NCBI GenBank assembly: GCA_963714975.1
Contig: CAVQQD010000002.1
Coordinates: 1,056,001 to 1,120,000, forward strand
DNA from: an uncultured Gammaproteobacteria bacterium
GTDB taxonomy: Bacteria; Pseudomonadota; Gammaproteobacteria; JAURND01
DNA: 64,000 nt
Direction of reading: 5' to 3'
This document shows positions 1 through 10,764 of this stretch, one piece after another; the stretch's first letter is position 1; the number at the start of each line of letters is the position of its first letter. Made by a program: the position numbers and the translations under genes. The notes under the pieces are model-generated. The model was not told the DNA's origin. It made no database searches and saw only the letters and a program-made list of their open reading frames with translations.

Positions 1-1
1 A

Positions 2-940
2 TTTGGCCGCTGTATTGCGCAACAAATCAGAGAAATATTAGAGCATTTAGGATCAGGCGATATTTTGGAATTTGGCGCAGGGACTGGCCAGCTTGCGATT
101 GACATTTTACTGTCCCTAGAACAGTCTTCTACGCTGCCAACGCATTATTACATCATTGAATTAAGCGCTGATCTGCAGCAAAGGCAAAAAATCCTGATTA
201 ACCAATCCATCCCCCACTTAGCCGATAAAGTCATTTGGCTGACGTGTTTACCCACTGAATTTAGTGGAGTAATCATCGCCAATGAAGTTTTGGATGCCAT
301 GCCAGTGGCAAAGTTTCGTTACCAGCAGCACCAGCACTACGAATGTGCCGTGCAGGGGCAAGTGAATGCTTGGGTGGAATGCACGCAACCCCTCTCTGCT
401 GCTGAATTAGAACAACAGCTCGATCAACTCGAGATTCGCTTCACTGAAGGCTATACATCTGAAGTAAATTGCGTTCTTCCTGGCTGGTTAGCTAGTTTAA
501 GCCAGCTGTTAACACAAGGCCTAATTTTGCTCATTGATTATGGCTTTCCGCAGCATGAATATTATCATCCCCAGCGCAGCATGGGTACTTTGATGTGTCA
601 CTATCAGCACCTTGCCCATGATAATTATTTCTGGTGGCCAGGGTTGCAGGATATTACTGCCCATGTCAATTTTACTGCTGTAGCCCAATCTGCTTATGAG
701 CAAGGCCTAATGCTCGCAGGCTATACTTCACAAGCACATTTTCTTTATAGCTGTGGTTTAGAGAAAATGACCAGTTCTGTAACAAGTTCTGTGATGAAAC
801 AATATCAAATTAGTCAACAAATTAAAAAATTAATTCTTCCTACTGAAATGGGGGAACTATTTAAAGTAATGGCACTTTGCAAAAATTTTTCCCAAGCATT
901 ATTAGGGTTTAAATTATATGACATGCGAGGAAAACTTTGA
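2..940 (+). CDS. SAM-dependent methyltransferase, MidA/NDUFAF7 family (5' end outside window)
   Basis: Open frame from the window start; motifs EFGAGTG, IANEVLDAMP, IDYG, QDITAHVNF, EMGELFKV. Confidence 0.9.
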   Translation, partial: FGRCIAQQIREILEHLGSGDILEFGAGTGQLAIDILLSLEQSSTLPTHYYIIELSADLQQRQKILINQSIPHLADKVIWLTCLPTEFSGVIIANEVLDAMPVAKFRYQQHQHYECAVQGQVNAWVECTQPLSAAELEQQLDQLEIRFTEGYTSEVNCVLPGWLASLSQLLTQGLILLIDYGFPQHEYYHPQRSMGTLMCHYQHLAHDNYFWWPGLQDITAHVNFTAVAQSAYEQGLMLAGYTSQAHFLYSCGLEKMTSSVTSSVMKQYQISQQIKKLILPTEMGELFKVMALCKNFSQALLGFKLYDMRGKL

Positions 941-1428
941 TGGCACACACTACCATAGAAGTTTACGAAGAGAGCTTAAGATTTGAAGTGGCACATTTTA
1001 CCATTTTTTCGCCTACTTCTCGCGAACGTTTACATGGCCACAATTATCAACTCTATTTTTCGATGACAGCAACTGTGGCAGAACTTGGAATTACTTTTGA
1101 TTATGATATTTACAAACAAAAATTATGCTCTCTATGTAATTATTTAGATAAACATCTGCTATTACCGGGACAATCTCCAGTATTAACCATTCAAGAAAAA
1201 CCACCCTATTACTATGTGCATTTTCATGAAGAAGAAATGCATTTTTTAATTTCTGATTGCCTAATTTTACCAATTCGAAATATCAGTTTAGAGGAATTAT
1301 CGCGTTGGTTTTTAGAGCAATTACTTCTAGAGAAAAATAAAATCGCGACACACAATATTCAAGAGCTGGTCATTAAAGTTTCTAGCGGCCATGGTCGCAG
1401 TGCTTCTTCAAGTTGGTGCAGCTCTTAA
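940..1428 (+). CDS. queD: 6-pyruvoyl/6-carboxy-tetrahydropterin synthase family (QueD-like)
   Basis: AHF...ERLHGHNY zinc-binding His motif; start overlaps the upstream stop. Confidence 0.75.
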   Translation: MAHTTIEVYEESLRFEVAHFTIFSPTSRERLHGHNYQLYFSMTATVAELGITFDYDIYKQKLCSLCNYLDKHLLLPGQSPVLTIQEKPPYYYVHFHEEEMHFLISDCLILPIRNISLEELSRWFLEQLLLEKNKIATHNIQELVIKVSSGHGRSASSSWCSS

Positions 1429-2508
1429 GCTAGCAGCAATTAATTGCACTCTCTGCTTACGCAAGGCTTGACCCAAGGCAATCCCTGATAAGCCGGACTG
1501 TATTAATGGAGCGGAATCAACTGATTTTGCTGCTGCATAGCTTTTTCGTAACCTCTCAGCCTGGCACAAATAGGATTCTGAATAAATAGCGGTGCAGGCA
1601 ATAGAAAACTGCTCGAGACGTTCTGGCCTACGAAAAGCATCCAAAGATTCAAGAAGCTTAAATAGTTCTTCTGCTGAGGAATTCAGGAGCTGCTGAAAAT
1701 GGGTTTGATAACGCGATACCAATAATGCCAATTCAGTATAATCTCGAGGAAAACGATACTGCTGGGATAACGCACTAATTTGATGCGGCGGTAAATGATG
1801 CAAATAAGCCGCTAACCGAATCTTGGCTGAGCAAGAAAGTGTTACCGCCTGTTTTAATGCAACTTCATCAACACGATTTTCCCACAATTGTGGGAATAAG
1901 ATTGCTAATGCTCCACAAGCTGTTAGAACATGAAAGAAACGGCTTGGGGTGGATTCACGCATCGCCCTTACCCACTCTTGCCAGACGCGCTCTGGAACTA
2001 GCGCATTGACCTCTCCTTGTTGTACCATTTGCTGCATTAAATACAAGGTATCGGAATGAATAGAAAAATCGGGGAAACGTGCGGCCAATCGCGCCACACG
2101 CAAAATTCGTACTGGATCTTCAACAAACGCCGCCGAGACATGGCGTAAAATCCGCTGTTCCAGATCCGCTTGCCCGCCATAAGGATCGATGAGCCCGCCT
2201 TCCATGGTTTGCGCCATCGCATTAATAGTTAAATCGCGACGTTGCAAATCTTCTTCTAAGCTCACATCGGGTGCTGCATAAAAATGAAACCCTTTATATC
2301 CCGGAGCTGTTTTACGTTCCGTACGCGCTAAGGCATATTCCTCGTGTGTCACCGGATGCAAAAATACCGGAAAATCTTTTCCAACCGGTTGGTATCCTAA
2401 CTGTAACATCAACTCTGGCGTCGCCCCGATGACCACCCAGTCGCGTTCTATAACGGGAAGTCCTAATAATTGATCTCGCACCGCCCCACCTACTAAATAA
2501 ATTTCCAA
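1408..2508 (-). CDS. cca: tRNA CCA-adding nucleotidyltransferase (short form, no HD domain seen)
   Basis: YLVGGAVRD, ERDWVV, GKDFPVFLHP, RRDLTINAMA, EDPVRILR. Confidence 0.95.
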   Translation of the reverse strand: MEIYLVGGAVRDQLLGLPVIERDWVVIGATPELMLQLGYQPVGKDFPVFLHPVTHEEYALARTERKTAPGYKGFHFYAAPDVSLEEDLQRRDLTINAMAQTMEGGLIDPYGGQADLEQRILRHVSAAFVEDPVRILRVARLAARFPDFSIHSDTLYLMQQMVQQGEVNALVPERVWQEWVRAMRESTPSRFFHVLTACGALAILFPQLWENRVDEVALKQAVTLSCSAKIRLAAYLHHLPPHQISALSQQYRFPRDYTELALLVSRYQTHFQQLLNSSAEELFKLLESLDAFRRPERLEQFSIACTAIYSESYLCQAERLRKSYAAAKSVDSAPLIQSGLSGIALGQALRKQRVQLIAASLRAAPT

Positions 2509-2594
2509 CGAAAATCCTCAAAAATCTTTGTGACAATTCTTACCCTGAGTATTATACTCTCCTCTCCTTAAATTGATCCAGAGGAGTTCCATTA

Positions 2595-3254
2595 ATGAAG
2601 CATAGCCGATTGACATTGAACATTTTACTGAGCATCGGCTGCATTTTCGCATCTTCTTTGGCTTATGCAAAATGGTCTGTCGAAGTCGCAACGGGTATCC
2701 CTTATAATTTTCCAATGCCACTGCTAATTCAACAAGATGATGAATTAGACATTAATCTTACTGCACACTATGAAACACGCCCTTTCCAATCCCCGTTTTA
2801 TTACAATATCCGAATTGGTAAATGGCTGGGCAATAAGGCCTGGGAAGTAGAAACCATCCATCATAAAATTTACCTGAGAAATACCAATGATGAGGTGTCA
2901 CATTTTTCTATCTCGCATGGCTACAATATGTTTACCTTAAATCGGGCTTGGCTGGATACAAGAAATTTAATTTGGCGCATTGGTGGCGGGGTGATCATTG
3001 CCCATCCAGAGTCAAAGGTCCGGGGCGAAACTTTTGATGAACGTGGCGGTACTTTAAATAATGCTGGTTACTATTTAGCAGGACCCACTGCCATGGCTTC
3101 TGTAGGAAAACGTTTTTATCTCACCAAAAGTTTCTTTCTGGAATTGGAAGGCAAACTAACCGCCTCGTATGCTTATGTAAAAGTAGTGGATGGACATGCG
3201 GACGTGCCTTTAGTTGCTATACATGCTGATTTTGGCTTTGGCTATGATATTTAG
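2595..3254 (+). CDS. Exported protein, probable outer-membrane beta-barrel
   Basis: Signal peptide ending LAYA; alternating aromatic beta-strands; C-terminal FGFGYDI. Confidence 0.6.
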   Translation: MKHSRLTLNILLSIGCIFASSLAYAKWSVEVATGIPYNFPMPLLIQQDDELDINLTAHYETRPFQSPFYYNIRIGKWLGNKAWEVETIHHKIYLRNTNDEVSHFSISHGYNMFTLNRAWLDTRNLIWRIGGGVIIAHPESKVRGETFDERGGTLNNAGYYLAGPTAMASVGKRFYLTKSFFLELEGKLTASYAYVKVVDGHADVPLVAIHADFGFGYDI

Positions 3255-3479
3255 CTTTAAGATTGCAGACTTTATAGGTGAGGCAATGAATCCCATCCTT
3301 GCAAGTGATAATTCCTTTTCCGGCTGGCTATCCCCCTCCTTTGAGAATAAATCCGTTTAGGAAATCACTGCCTCTGTGTAGCCGACCCGTGCATTAAACA
3401 GCAGTGGTTGGTAAATGGATGCAGTCCTATTAAGGTAAATTTTGTAGGCAAGAAACCCTTTATCCTTTATTGTCGGTTC

Positions 3480-4025
3480 TTAGCTCGAGGGGCCTGGGCT
3501 ACGGAAAGCCTCTTCCTGTTCCTCTGAAAGCGTTTGGAAGGATAAACCTTGTTTTTGGCATAGTTCTCGCACTTTTTCTTTAAACTCCTGAGGAGCACGA
3601 TCTGGAATTGCAATAGTAGTACATCCGCTTGCTTTTGCCAAGGCAACCGCTGCTTCAGGATCATTAGATATAATTCTAAGTCTTACTGAACCCTCGCTAT
3701 TAGTGATAGTATCCAGGGTTGCTGAGGTTTTGCTGCCATCTGCTTTAGTAAATTCCGCTTGAAATGTTTTACCACCCGTATCAAATAAGCCTTCTGCTGA
3801 GGTAATAGCCTCATCAATATTATTACCAGGGCTTTGCCAACTCTGTGTCCTAGGCATCTCGGTAACTGTTATGTCAATAATTCCCTCAGGCAATTGGCCT
3901 GTCTGACGTAGTTCATTAAAACCATCAACCAAACTCTGCTTATTAATAACTATGGCTTTTTTCCGACGTTCTGCTTCTTCTAAATCTGCAGTTTCATCAG
4001 TACGATTACTATTCTGTTGAGACAT
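3480..4025 (-). CDS. Hypothetical protein (orphan, acidic C-terminus)
   Basis: 181-aa ORF with GAGG RBS; no recognised motif. Confidence 0.6.
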   Translation of the reverse strand: MSQQNSNRTDETADLEEAERRKKAIVINKQSLVDGFNELRQTGQLPEGIIDITVTEMPRTQSWQSPGNNIDEAITSAEGLFDTGGKTFQAEFTKADGSKTSATLDTITNSEGSVRLRIISNDPEAAVALAKASGCTTIAIPDRAPQEFKEKVRELCQKQGLSFQTLSEEQEEAFRSPGPSS

Positions 4026-4095
4026 AAATATACCTCACAAATTATGGATTAGAATAATTAGAGTATCACTTTCATCTTAATAAAATATTAAGAAC

Positions 4096-5656
<1,561 letters not shown>

Positions 5657-5801
5657 AAAAATTATTTAATTTAAGCAATAAAATTTTAATTTTTATCCAG
5701 AAAATGTAAACTTCTTTTATCATAATGGTATACATCGCAGGTAAAATACCATAAAATTTGCGAACAATCTTCCGTTTTGCATTATTATTAAAAGTAAGCA
5801 A

Positions 5802-5877
5802 GCTGGCATAGCTCAGTCGGTAGAGCAACTGATTTGTAATCAGTAGGTCCCCAGTTCGAGTCCGGGTGCCAGCACCA
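5802..5877 (+). tRNA. tRNA-Thr (anticodon TGT)
   Basis: 76-nt cloverleaf: GCTGGCA/TGCCAGC acceptor stem, ACTGA-TTTGTAA-TCAGT anticodon arm, GTTCGAG T-loop, encoded CCA. Confidence 0.98.
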
Positions 5878-5925
5878 ATTAAATCAATGCGTTACGATGG
5901 GTTAAAGGCTAAGAAGGCTTAAGGA

Positions 5926-5945
5926 TGGGACAGTAGTGGGGCAGT
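5926..5945 (+). promoter_or_regulatory. Putative integrase arm-type sites (left)
   Basis: tgggacagt-ag-tggggcagt; matching pair tggggcact-ga-tggggcact at 11595-11614; IHF consensus WATCAANNNNTTR just after the tRNA. Confidence 0.6.
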
Positions 5946-5992
5946 CAAGAACAACAAACCACAATAAACAAGGAACATAATGAGGAGAAAAT

Positions 5993-6283
5993 ATGCGAAG
6001 GAAAATGTTTGCATCACTAACAATAGTCTTCCTATCCACGATCACTCTAATAGGTAATGCCTCAAATTATTCCACAGAACAGCTAACCTTCACCCAAGCT
6101 ACCGACAGCAGCTTTGCCTACAGCACACCCAAAACCACCTTAGTGGCCTTTAATCGAAACAACCCTATCCACGCAACCACATTACAGCAAAGCGGTTGCT
6201 GCTCTTGGCATCATGGCGCATGTGGCTGTGGCAGTACGGTAATCTGTTGTGATGGTAGTGCCTCTCCGACCTGTGGATGTTGA
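5993..6283 (+). CDS. Small exported Cys-rich protein
   Basis: GAGGAG RBS; N-terminal hydrophobic signal; C-terminal CCSWHHGACGC...CCDG...PTCGC. Confidence 0.75.
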   Translation: MRRKMFASLTIVFLSTITLIGNASNYSTEQLTFTQATDSSFAYSTPKTTLVAFNRNNPIHATTLQQSGCCSWHHGACGCGSTVICCDGSASPTCGC

Positions 6284-6377
6284 GCAAAGCTTATTTACTA
6301 TCTATCATTCATTTGTGGGTCTTGCTTACTTTCGAAAGGCAACTTTCTAAGAATTAAAAGCTCATCTGAGTGGCCTT

Positions 6378-6713
6378 ATGAAAAAAAACAAAAAAATACA
6401 AGAATTATCAGAAAGCTTGTACTGCTTGATATTCTCACCAGCTTGGTTGTCCTTTCTTATTTCAATGGGTTATCTAATCTATAAGGGATGGTTTTGGTTA
6501 AAAAATGGCTATTGGCCTTCTATTACGCTTAGAGACTCCTTAATTAGTGCAAATTTGATTAGCCCTGATTTCTATTTTTATTTGCCAACTTTCAAGGGTA
6601 TAGAGCAAGTATTAAATTCAACTTTAATCTCTTCCGCCATCTTTTTTTACCTTTGCATTTCTATAGTACTATTTTTAATCATCAATGCAATTTTAGAGAA
6701 GACTACCTTGTAA
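6378..6713 (+). CDS. Hypothetical membrane protein (2 TM)
   Basis: Two hydrophobic segments; island cargo. Confidence 0.55.
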   Translation: MKKNKKIQELSESLYCLIFSPAWLSFLISMGYLIYKGWFWLKNGYWPSITLRDSLISANLISPDFYFYLPTFKGIEQVLNSTLISSAIFFYLCISIVLFLIINAILEKTTL

Positions 6714-6912
6714 TTGAGAGAGCAAAAGTAGCTTTTATTTGCCCTTCAGTGCCCCTTAATCGCCCCTCACTAAAAATATTAAACCATAATATCTTGATTA
6801 AACTTAACTTTAAGTCAAGTTTAAACTGATTACATATCAGGTGTTGCTTCATTTGGTCATTTACTGTACAGTGCTGCCGATAACAATAATTTAACATAGG
6901 AAGCTGACTCAC

Positions 6913-7992
6913 ATGGCTAATATAGAAAAACGAGTTAACCAAAATCAGGAAATCACCTACCGCGTCAAAGTCAGATTAAAAGGCTTTCCCACCCAAACAG
7001 CTACCTTCACCCGATTGACTGATGCTCGACGATGGGCACAACAAACAGAATCAGCAATACGCGAAGGCCGACATTTTAAATCCACCGAAGCTAAAAAGCG
7101 CACCCTTTCTGAAGCTATCGAACGTTATAAAAAATCCGTCCTCCCTAATAAGCCCAAAAGTGAGTACGACCAAAGGTTGCAACTTAAGTGGTGGCAGGTA
7201 AACATCGGGCATTATGCCCTAGCCGATATCACCCCCGCACTAATTGCGGAACAACGTGATAAATTAGTCAGTTCCACTACTAAAAGAAAAAAGCCTCGCA
7301 CTCCCGCCACTATTAATCGTTATTTAGCGGCATTGAGCCATCTTTTCACCACAGCCATCAAAGAATGGGGCTGGCTAGATGAAAATCCTTTGCGAAAAGT
7401 CACCAAAATGAAAGAGCCACGGGGACGCGTACGAATTTTATCAGATGACGAACGCCAAAGATTATTAGATGCCTGCCAGAAAAGCTCAAGCCCATGGCTC
7501 TATTTGATAATAGTGCTGGCATTATCCACAGGCGCTCGTCGTATGGAGATATTGGGTTTGCGATGGGATGATGTTGATTTAAACCGCGCCATCATAACCT
7601 TGCACGAAACTAAAAATGGCGAACGCCGCATATTGCCGATCACAGGCCATGCTTTAGCTTTGCTAAAAGAACATGCCAAAGTTCGCTCTCTTCATACAGA
7701 TTTAGTTTTTCCAAGCAAAAATTTCAAAAACCCTATTGATCTGCGCACTCCTTGGGAAACAGCAGTTAAAAATGCAAGAATTGAAGATTTTCGGTTTCAT
7801 GACCTAAGGCATAGTGCCGCATCATATTTGGTAATGGATGGTGCAAGCTTGGCAGAAATTGCCGAGGTACTAGGCCATAAAACATTACAAATGGTCAAAC
7901 GATACGCACATCTATCGGAAGCACATACAGCTAAGGTGGTGGCTAGGATGAATGAGAAGATTTTTGGGGGAACAAATTATGCCAACAATTAG
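6913..7992 (+). CDS. Tyrosine recombinase/site-specific integrase
   Basis: TGARRMEI (R), TKNG (K), FHDLRHS (HxxR), LGHKTLQMVKRY (H, Y). Confidence 0.97.
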   Translation: MANIEKRVNQNQEITYRVKVRLKGFPTQTATFTRLTDARRWAQQTESAIREGRHFKSTEAKKRTLSEAIERYKKSVLPNKPKSEYDQRLQLKWWQVNIGHYALADITPALIAEQRDKLVSSTTKRKKPRTPATINRYLAALSHLFTTAIKEWGWLDENPLRKVTKMKEPRGRVRILSDDERQRLLDACQKSSSPWLYLIIVLALSTGARRMEILGLRWDDVDLNRAIITLHETKNGERRILPITGHALALLKEHAKVRSLHTDLVFPSKNFKNPIDLRTPWETAVKNARIEDFRFHDLRHSAASYLVMDGASLAEIAEVLGHKTLQMVKRYAHLSEAHTAKVVARMNEKIFGGTNYANN

Positions 7993-8749
7993 AATTAACC
8001 ATAATAGCGATGTTATTGCCTTATCAGATTTTATACAAAAATTAACAGATTTTAGAGTTAAAGAATATTTTGAAAAAACAACTAACGTTGGCACTGAGAA
8101 AGTAAAAGAAGTTAGGGAAAAAATTTCCTACGAAATTTCATCTGATCTTTGTAGCGCAATAAAAAACTATGACACACATGGTCCACAGCTCTTTCTGAGA
8201 AATAACTATACTCTAGCTCAATTAACCAGAGATGAAGTGCAATCAACTGATTTTGAAAAACTTTATGAGAATCTATTATATACCAGTGAATTGATAACGT
8301 GGTTTAAAAAATATAAAAGGGCTAACTTGGAATTTATTAGCGATAAAAATCAAGATTTGATAGAAAATAAAGTTGATAAATCAAGCGAACCAACTCAAAG
8401 TGATCCTGCAGGACACACAAAAGATCACCCCCTGTCTAGTCACATCAATAAGGATGAGAAGATTAGAAATGAGCAATTATTAAGGAGATCAGCGATTAGG
8501 AGTAATTATGACAAGCTTACTCAGGGTCAATGGCGAGGTATTTTTAATAAAGAAAAAGATAATGGTTTGGCTCAAATGGCCAAAGAATTTTCGGAAAAAA
8601 AGCCGACATATCGGCAACGTGATGTTGAAAATTGGTTGATTCAAGAAAATTACTATACTTGTCTAGAAATTGCAGATTTATCAAACCATCAACTTGTACC
8701 TAAAAACGAAGAAATTAATCACGCAAATATAGCGAACAGGCAATGGTAG
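7979..8749 (+). CDS. Hypothetical protein coupled to the integrase
   Basis: ATG at 7979 overlaps the integrase 3' end; AT-rich; no recognised motif. Confidence 0.7.
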   Translation: MPTIRINHNSDVIALSDFIQKLTDFRVKEYFEKTTNVGTEKVKEVREKISYEISSDLCSAIKNYDTHGPQLFLRNNYTLAQLTRDEVQSTDFEKLYENLLYTSELITWFKKYKRANLEFISDKNQDLIENKVDKSSEPTQSDPAGHTKDHPLSSHINKDEKIRNEQLLRRSAIRSNYDKLTQGQWRGIFNKEKDNGLAQMAKEFSEKKPTYRQRDVENWLIQENYYTCLEIADLSNHQLVPKNEEINHANIANRQW

Positions 8750-8938
8750 CAATCACTCCTAGCAGGTTTAGCCAGGTCCAAAGATGACTTTAATTGGACC
8801 AATGATGAATTTCATATAGCCTTTTAAGTTTCCATCATTCTATTTACTATCATTTTGAAAATCCCTCTACCATTTCCTCTTACGGTCTGAGTTGATGACT
8901 TGCCAATTTGCGATTAGAGTATCTAACATAAAAATTAA

Positions 8939-8980
8939 TCACAAAACCATCACCAAATGGTCACAAAATCGTCACAATTT
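8939..8980. repeat. Four TCAC-headed repeats at exact 11-bp spacing
   Basis: tcacaaaacca/tcaccaaatgg/tcacaaaatcg/tcacaattt at 8939, 8950, 8961, 8972. Confidence 0.6.
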
Positions 8981-9065
8981 AACTTTTTTAAAATAATCAT
9001 AAATACTCGCGATTGAAGACGAGCAATTACAGGTCTTCATTCATGTTATTTAATTGGAGTTATTT

Positions 9066-9275
9066 ATGATTAATAGTATTACTAAACGATTAGCGACGGT
9101 AAAACAAACCGCGGCTATATATAGTGCTTTTTCTATTTCATCTCTTCGTTGGCTTATTTTCAATGGTAAGCATAATGGTTTCGTGAAATGCATCAGAAAA
9201 ATTGGTCGAAAGGTTCTTATTGACCTTGATCAGTTTGAAAGTTGGGTTGATGAACAGCATGGGGGAGAAAAATAA
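9066..9275 (+). CDS. Small DNA-binding protein, excisionase/AlpA-like
   Basis: GGAG RBS; TVKQTA...SLRWLIF...RKIGRKVLIDLDQFESW winged-HTH pattern. Confidence 0.75.
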   Translation: MINSITKRLATVKQTAAIYSAFSISSLRWLIFNGKHNGFVKCIRKIGRKVLIDLDQFESWVDEQHGGEK

Positions 9276-9538
9276 TGTCTCCAAAAAGAAAAATTCACGA
9301 CAACAACCGGTATGAAATTGATGTTTTAAATCGCCTTCGTAAAGGAGCCTGTACATCCGTACAACTTCGGCATGAAATAGACTGTTTACGAGTTGCGTCA
9401 ACAATTTTCGACCTACGCCACAAGCATGGGTACAACATTTTAACCACTTGGTCATATGATCATAATCCAGGAGGTTCTCGCCATCGAGTGGGTTTGTACT
9501 CTCTTCTGCCAGGACGGTGGAATGAGGATAAATTATGA
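9275..9538 (+). CDS. Small helix-turn-helix protein
   Basis: VASTIFDLRHKHGYNILT...RVGLYSL pattern seen in satellite-like elements. Confidence 0.65.
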   Translation: MSPKRKIHDNNRYEIDVLNRLRKGACTSVQLRHEIDCLRVASTIFDLRHKHGYNILTTWSYDHNPGGSRHRVGLYSLLPGRWNEDKL

Positions 9539-10076
9539 AACTGGAATCAATTCAGATGCCCGAGGCTTGTGTATTAGCTCTATTGCAATGCTCAGGAATA
9601 TTCCTCAACCGCAATGGCGAGATGCTCTTGTGCAACTTAGCAGCACCAATAAAAGCGTATTAGATGGGAATTTGCGACATGTAGAAAATATGCTATTGAA
9701 TCAAGCTCATGCATTGGAGGCTATGTTTTATTCTTCCATTGAAAAAATGTGTTGCAGTAAATATGTAAATCAAGCACAGGTCTATTCTGAAATGGCGCTC
9801 AAAGCACAAAAGCAATGCCGTGACACATTAATTGCCCTAGCTGAGCTAAAAAATCCCAAACAAACAGCCTTTATCAAGCAGCAAAATAATGCCATTAACC
9901 AGCAAGTCAATAATCTTGAAAAAATTCAAGATAATAAATCAAACGAACTTTTGGAGGTTAAACCCTTTGACACAATGGACACCCGAACGCCGCTTACGGC
10001 AGTCTCAACTAATCCATCAATGGAAACCTTGGCAAAAATCCACAGGGGCGAAAACACCGGAAGGAAAAGCCATTAG
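9522..10076 (+). CDS. Hypothetical protein of integrative elements
   Basis: MLLNQAHAL...ALKAQKQCRDTL..LAELKNP...FIKQQNNA.NQQVNN; start uncertain. Confidence 0.7.
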   Translation: MRINYETGINSDARGLCISSIAMLRNIPQPQWRDALVQLSSTNKSVLDGNLRHVENMLLNQAHALEAMFYSSIEKMCCSKYVNQAQVYSEMALKAQKQCRDTLIALAELKNPKQTAFIKQQNNAINQQVNNLEKIQDNKSNELLEVKPFDTMDTRTPLTAVSTNPSMETLAKIHRGENTGRKSH

Positions 10077-10188
10077 TAAAATGAATGCTTATAAACATGG
10101 GGCTTATGATGCTAATAGCAAGGAGATCATGAAGAAAATTGCAGGCTATAAGCAAGCATTGCGCGATTTAACTAACTTAAGCGTGTAA
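9889..10188 (+). CDS. Small basic protein, HGGxSTG-like (overlaps the upstream ORF)
   Basis: WTPERR...WKPWQKSTGAKTPEGKAISKMNAYKHG motif; start uncertain. Confidence 0.6.
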   Translation: MPLTSKSIILKKFKIINQTNFWRLNPLTQWTPERRLRQSQLIHQWKPWQKSTGAKTPEGKAISKMNAYKHGAYDANSKEIMKKIAGYKQALRDLTNLSV

Positions 10189-10260
10189 TTTATATTGGAG
10201 GCTAAAAATACAAAACCCTCTTGCATGGCTCAGGTGTAAATGGTAGCTTAAATACCAGGA

Positions 10261-10390
10261 GCTACAAACTCCCAAAGGCGGTTAACTATGCCCGACAGTC
10301 ATGGTTTTTTCATGTCGGGGGTGTGCGGATAAAATACTCGAAAGGGGAAGAAGCACGCCGCGCCTTTGGCGGTTTGTACCCCCCGGCACC
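10261..10390 (+). ncRNA. C4/CI-like antisense RNA leader (ash-type region)
   Basis: Upstream tacaaac and ccaaaggc are complementary to downstream gtttgta and gcctttgg; outer stem 10313-10322/10378-10388; TTGCAT-17-TAGCTT promoter at 10221-10249. Confidence 0.55.
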
Positions 10391-10436
10391 TATCGGTGTT
10401 TCCTATGTTTCTACAAAAAACCAAAGGAGATAAATT

Positions 10437-10664
10437 ATGCAATATCACTCTAATATTAATCCCAACTCTGATTCGCTTTACCTAAAAGATCAAATCTTTG
10501 AAAAACTTCATAAGGCAAAAGCTGTATTAACGTGTATTATGTTTGCTGCGGAATTTGTGCGTGGTGAAACAGAGATAGATAATCATACGCTTTATCATGC
10601 GTTATGGGCGGTAGATGAATATTTAGAGCAGCTCGTAAAACTTTATGATTTAGCAGGCTCCTAA
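10437..10664 (+). CDS. Small hypothetical protein downstream of the C4-like leader
   Basis: AAGGAG RBS; 75-aa helical ORF; hairpin follows at ~10675-10705. Confidence 0.7.
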   Translation: MQYHSNINPNSDSLYLKDQIFEKLHKAKAVLTCIMFAAEFVRGETEIDNHTLYHALWAVDEYLEQLVKLYDLAGS

Positions 10665-10764
10665 GAATCTTGCAGTAAGCCCTTCTTATTGTAGCGGGGC
10701 TTACTAATCTAAAATAATTAAAAAGAGAAAAAAAGAAAAATCAATAAATTATGGAAATTAGACT

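Noticed and set aside
3255-3466. Possible ncRNA between convergent genes
   Set aside because: No recognisable family or convincing long stem by eye
10221-10433. 70-aa ORF as a protein gene
   Set aside because: Its TTG start coincides with a -35 box and the region is better explained as structured RNA; an Ash-like peptide cannot be fully excluded
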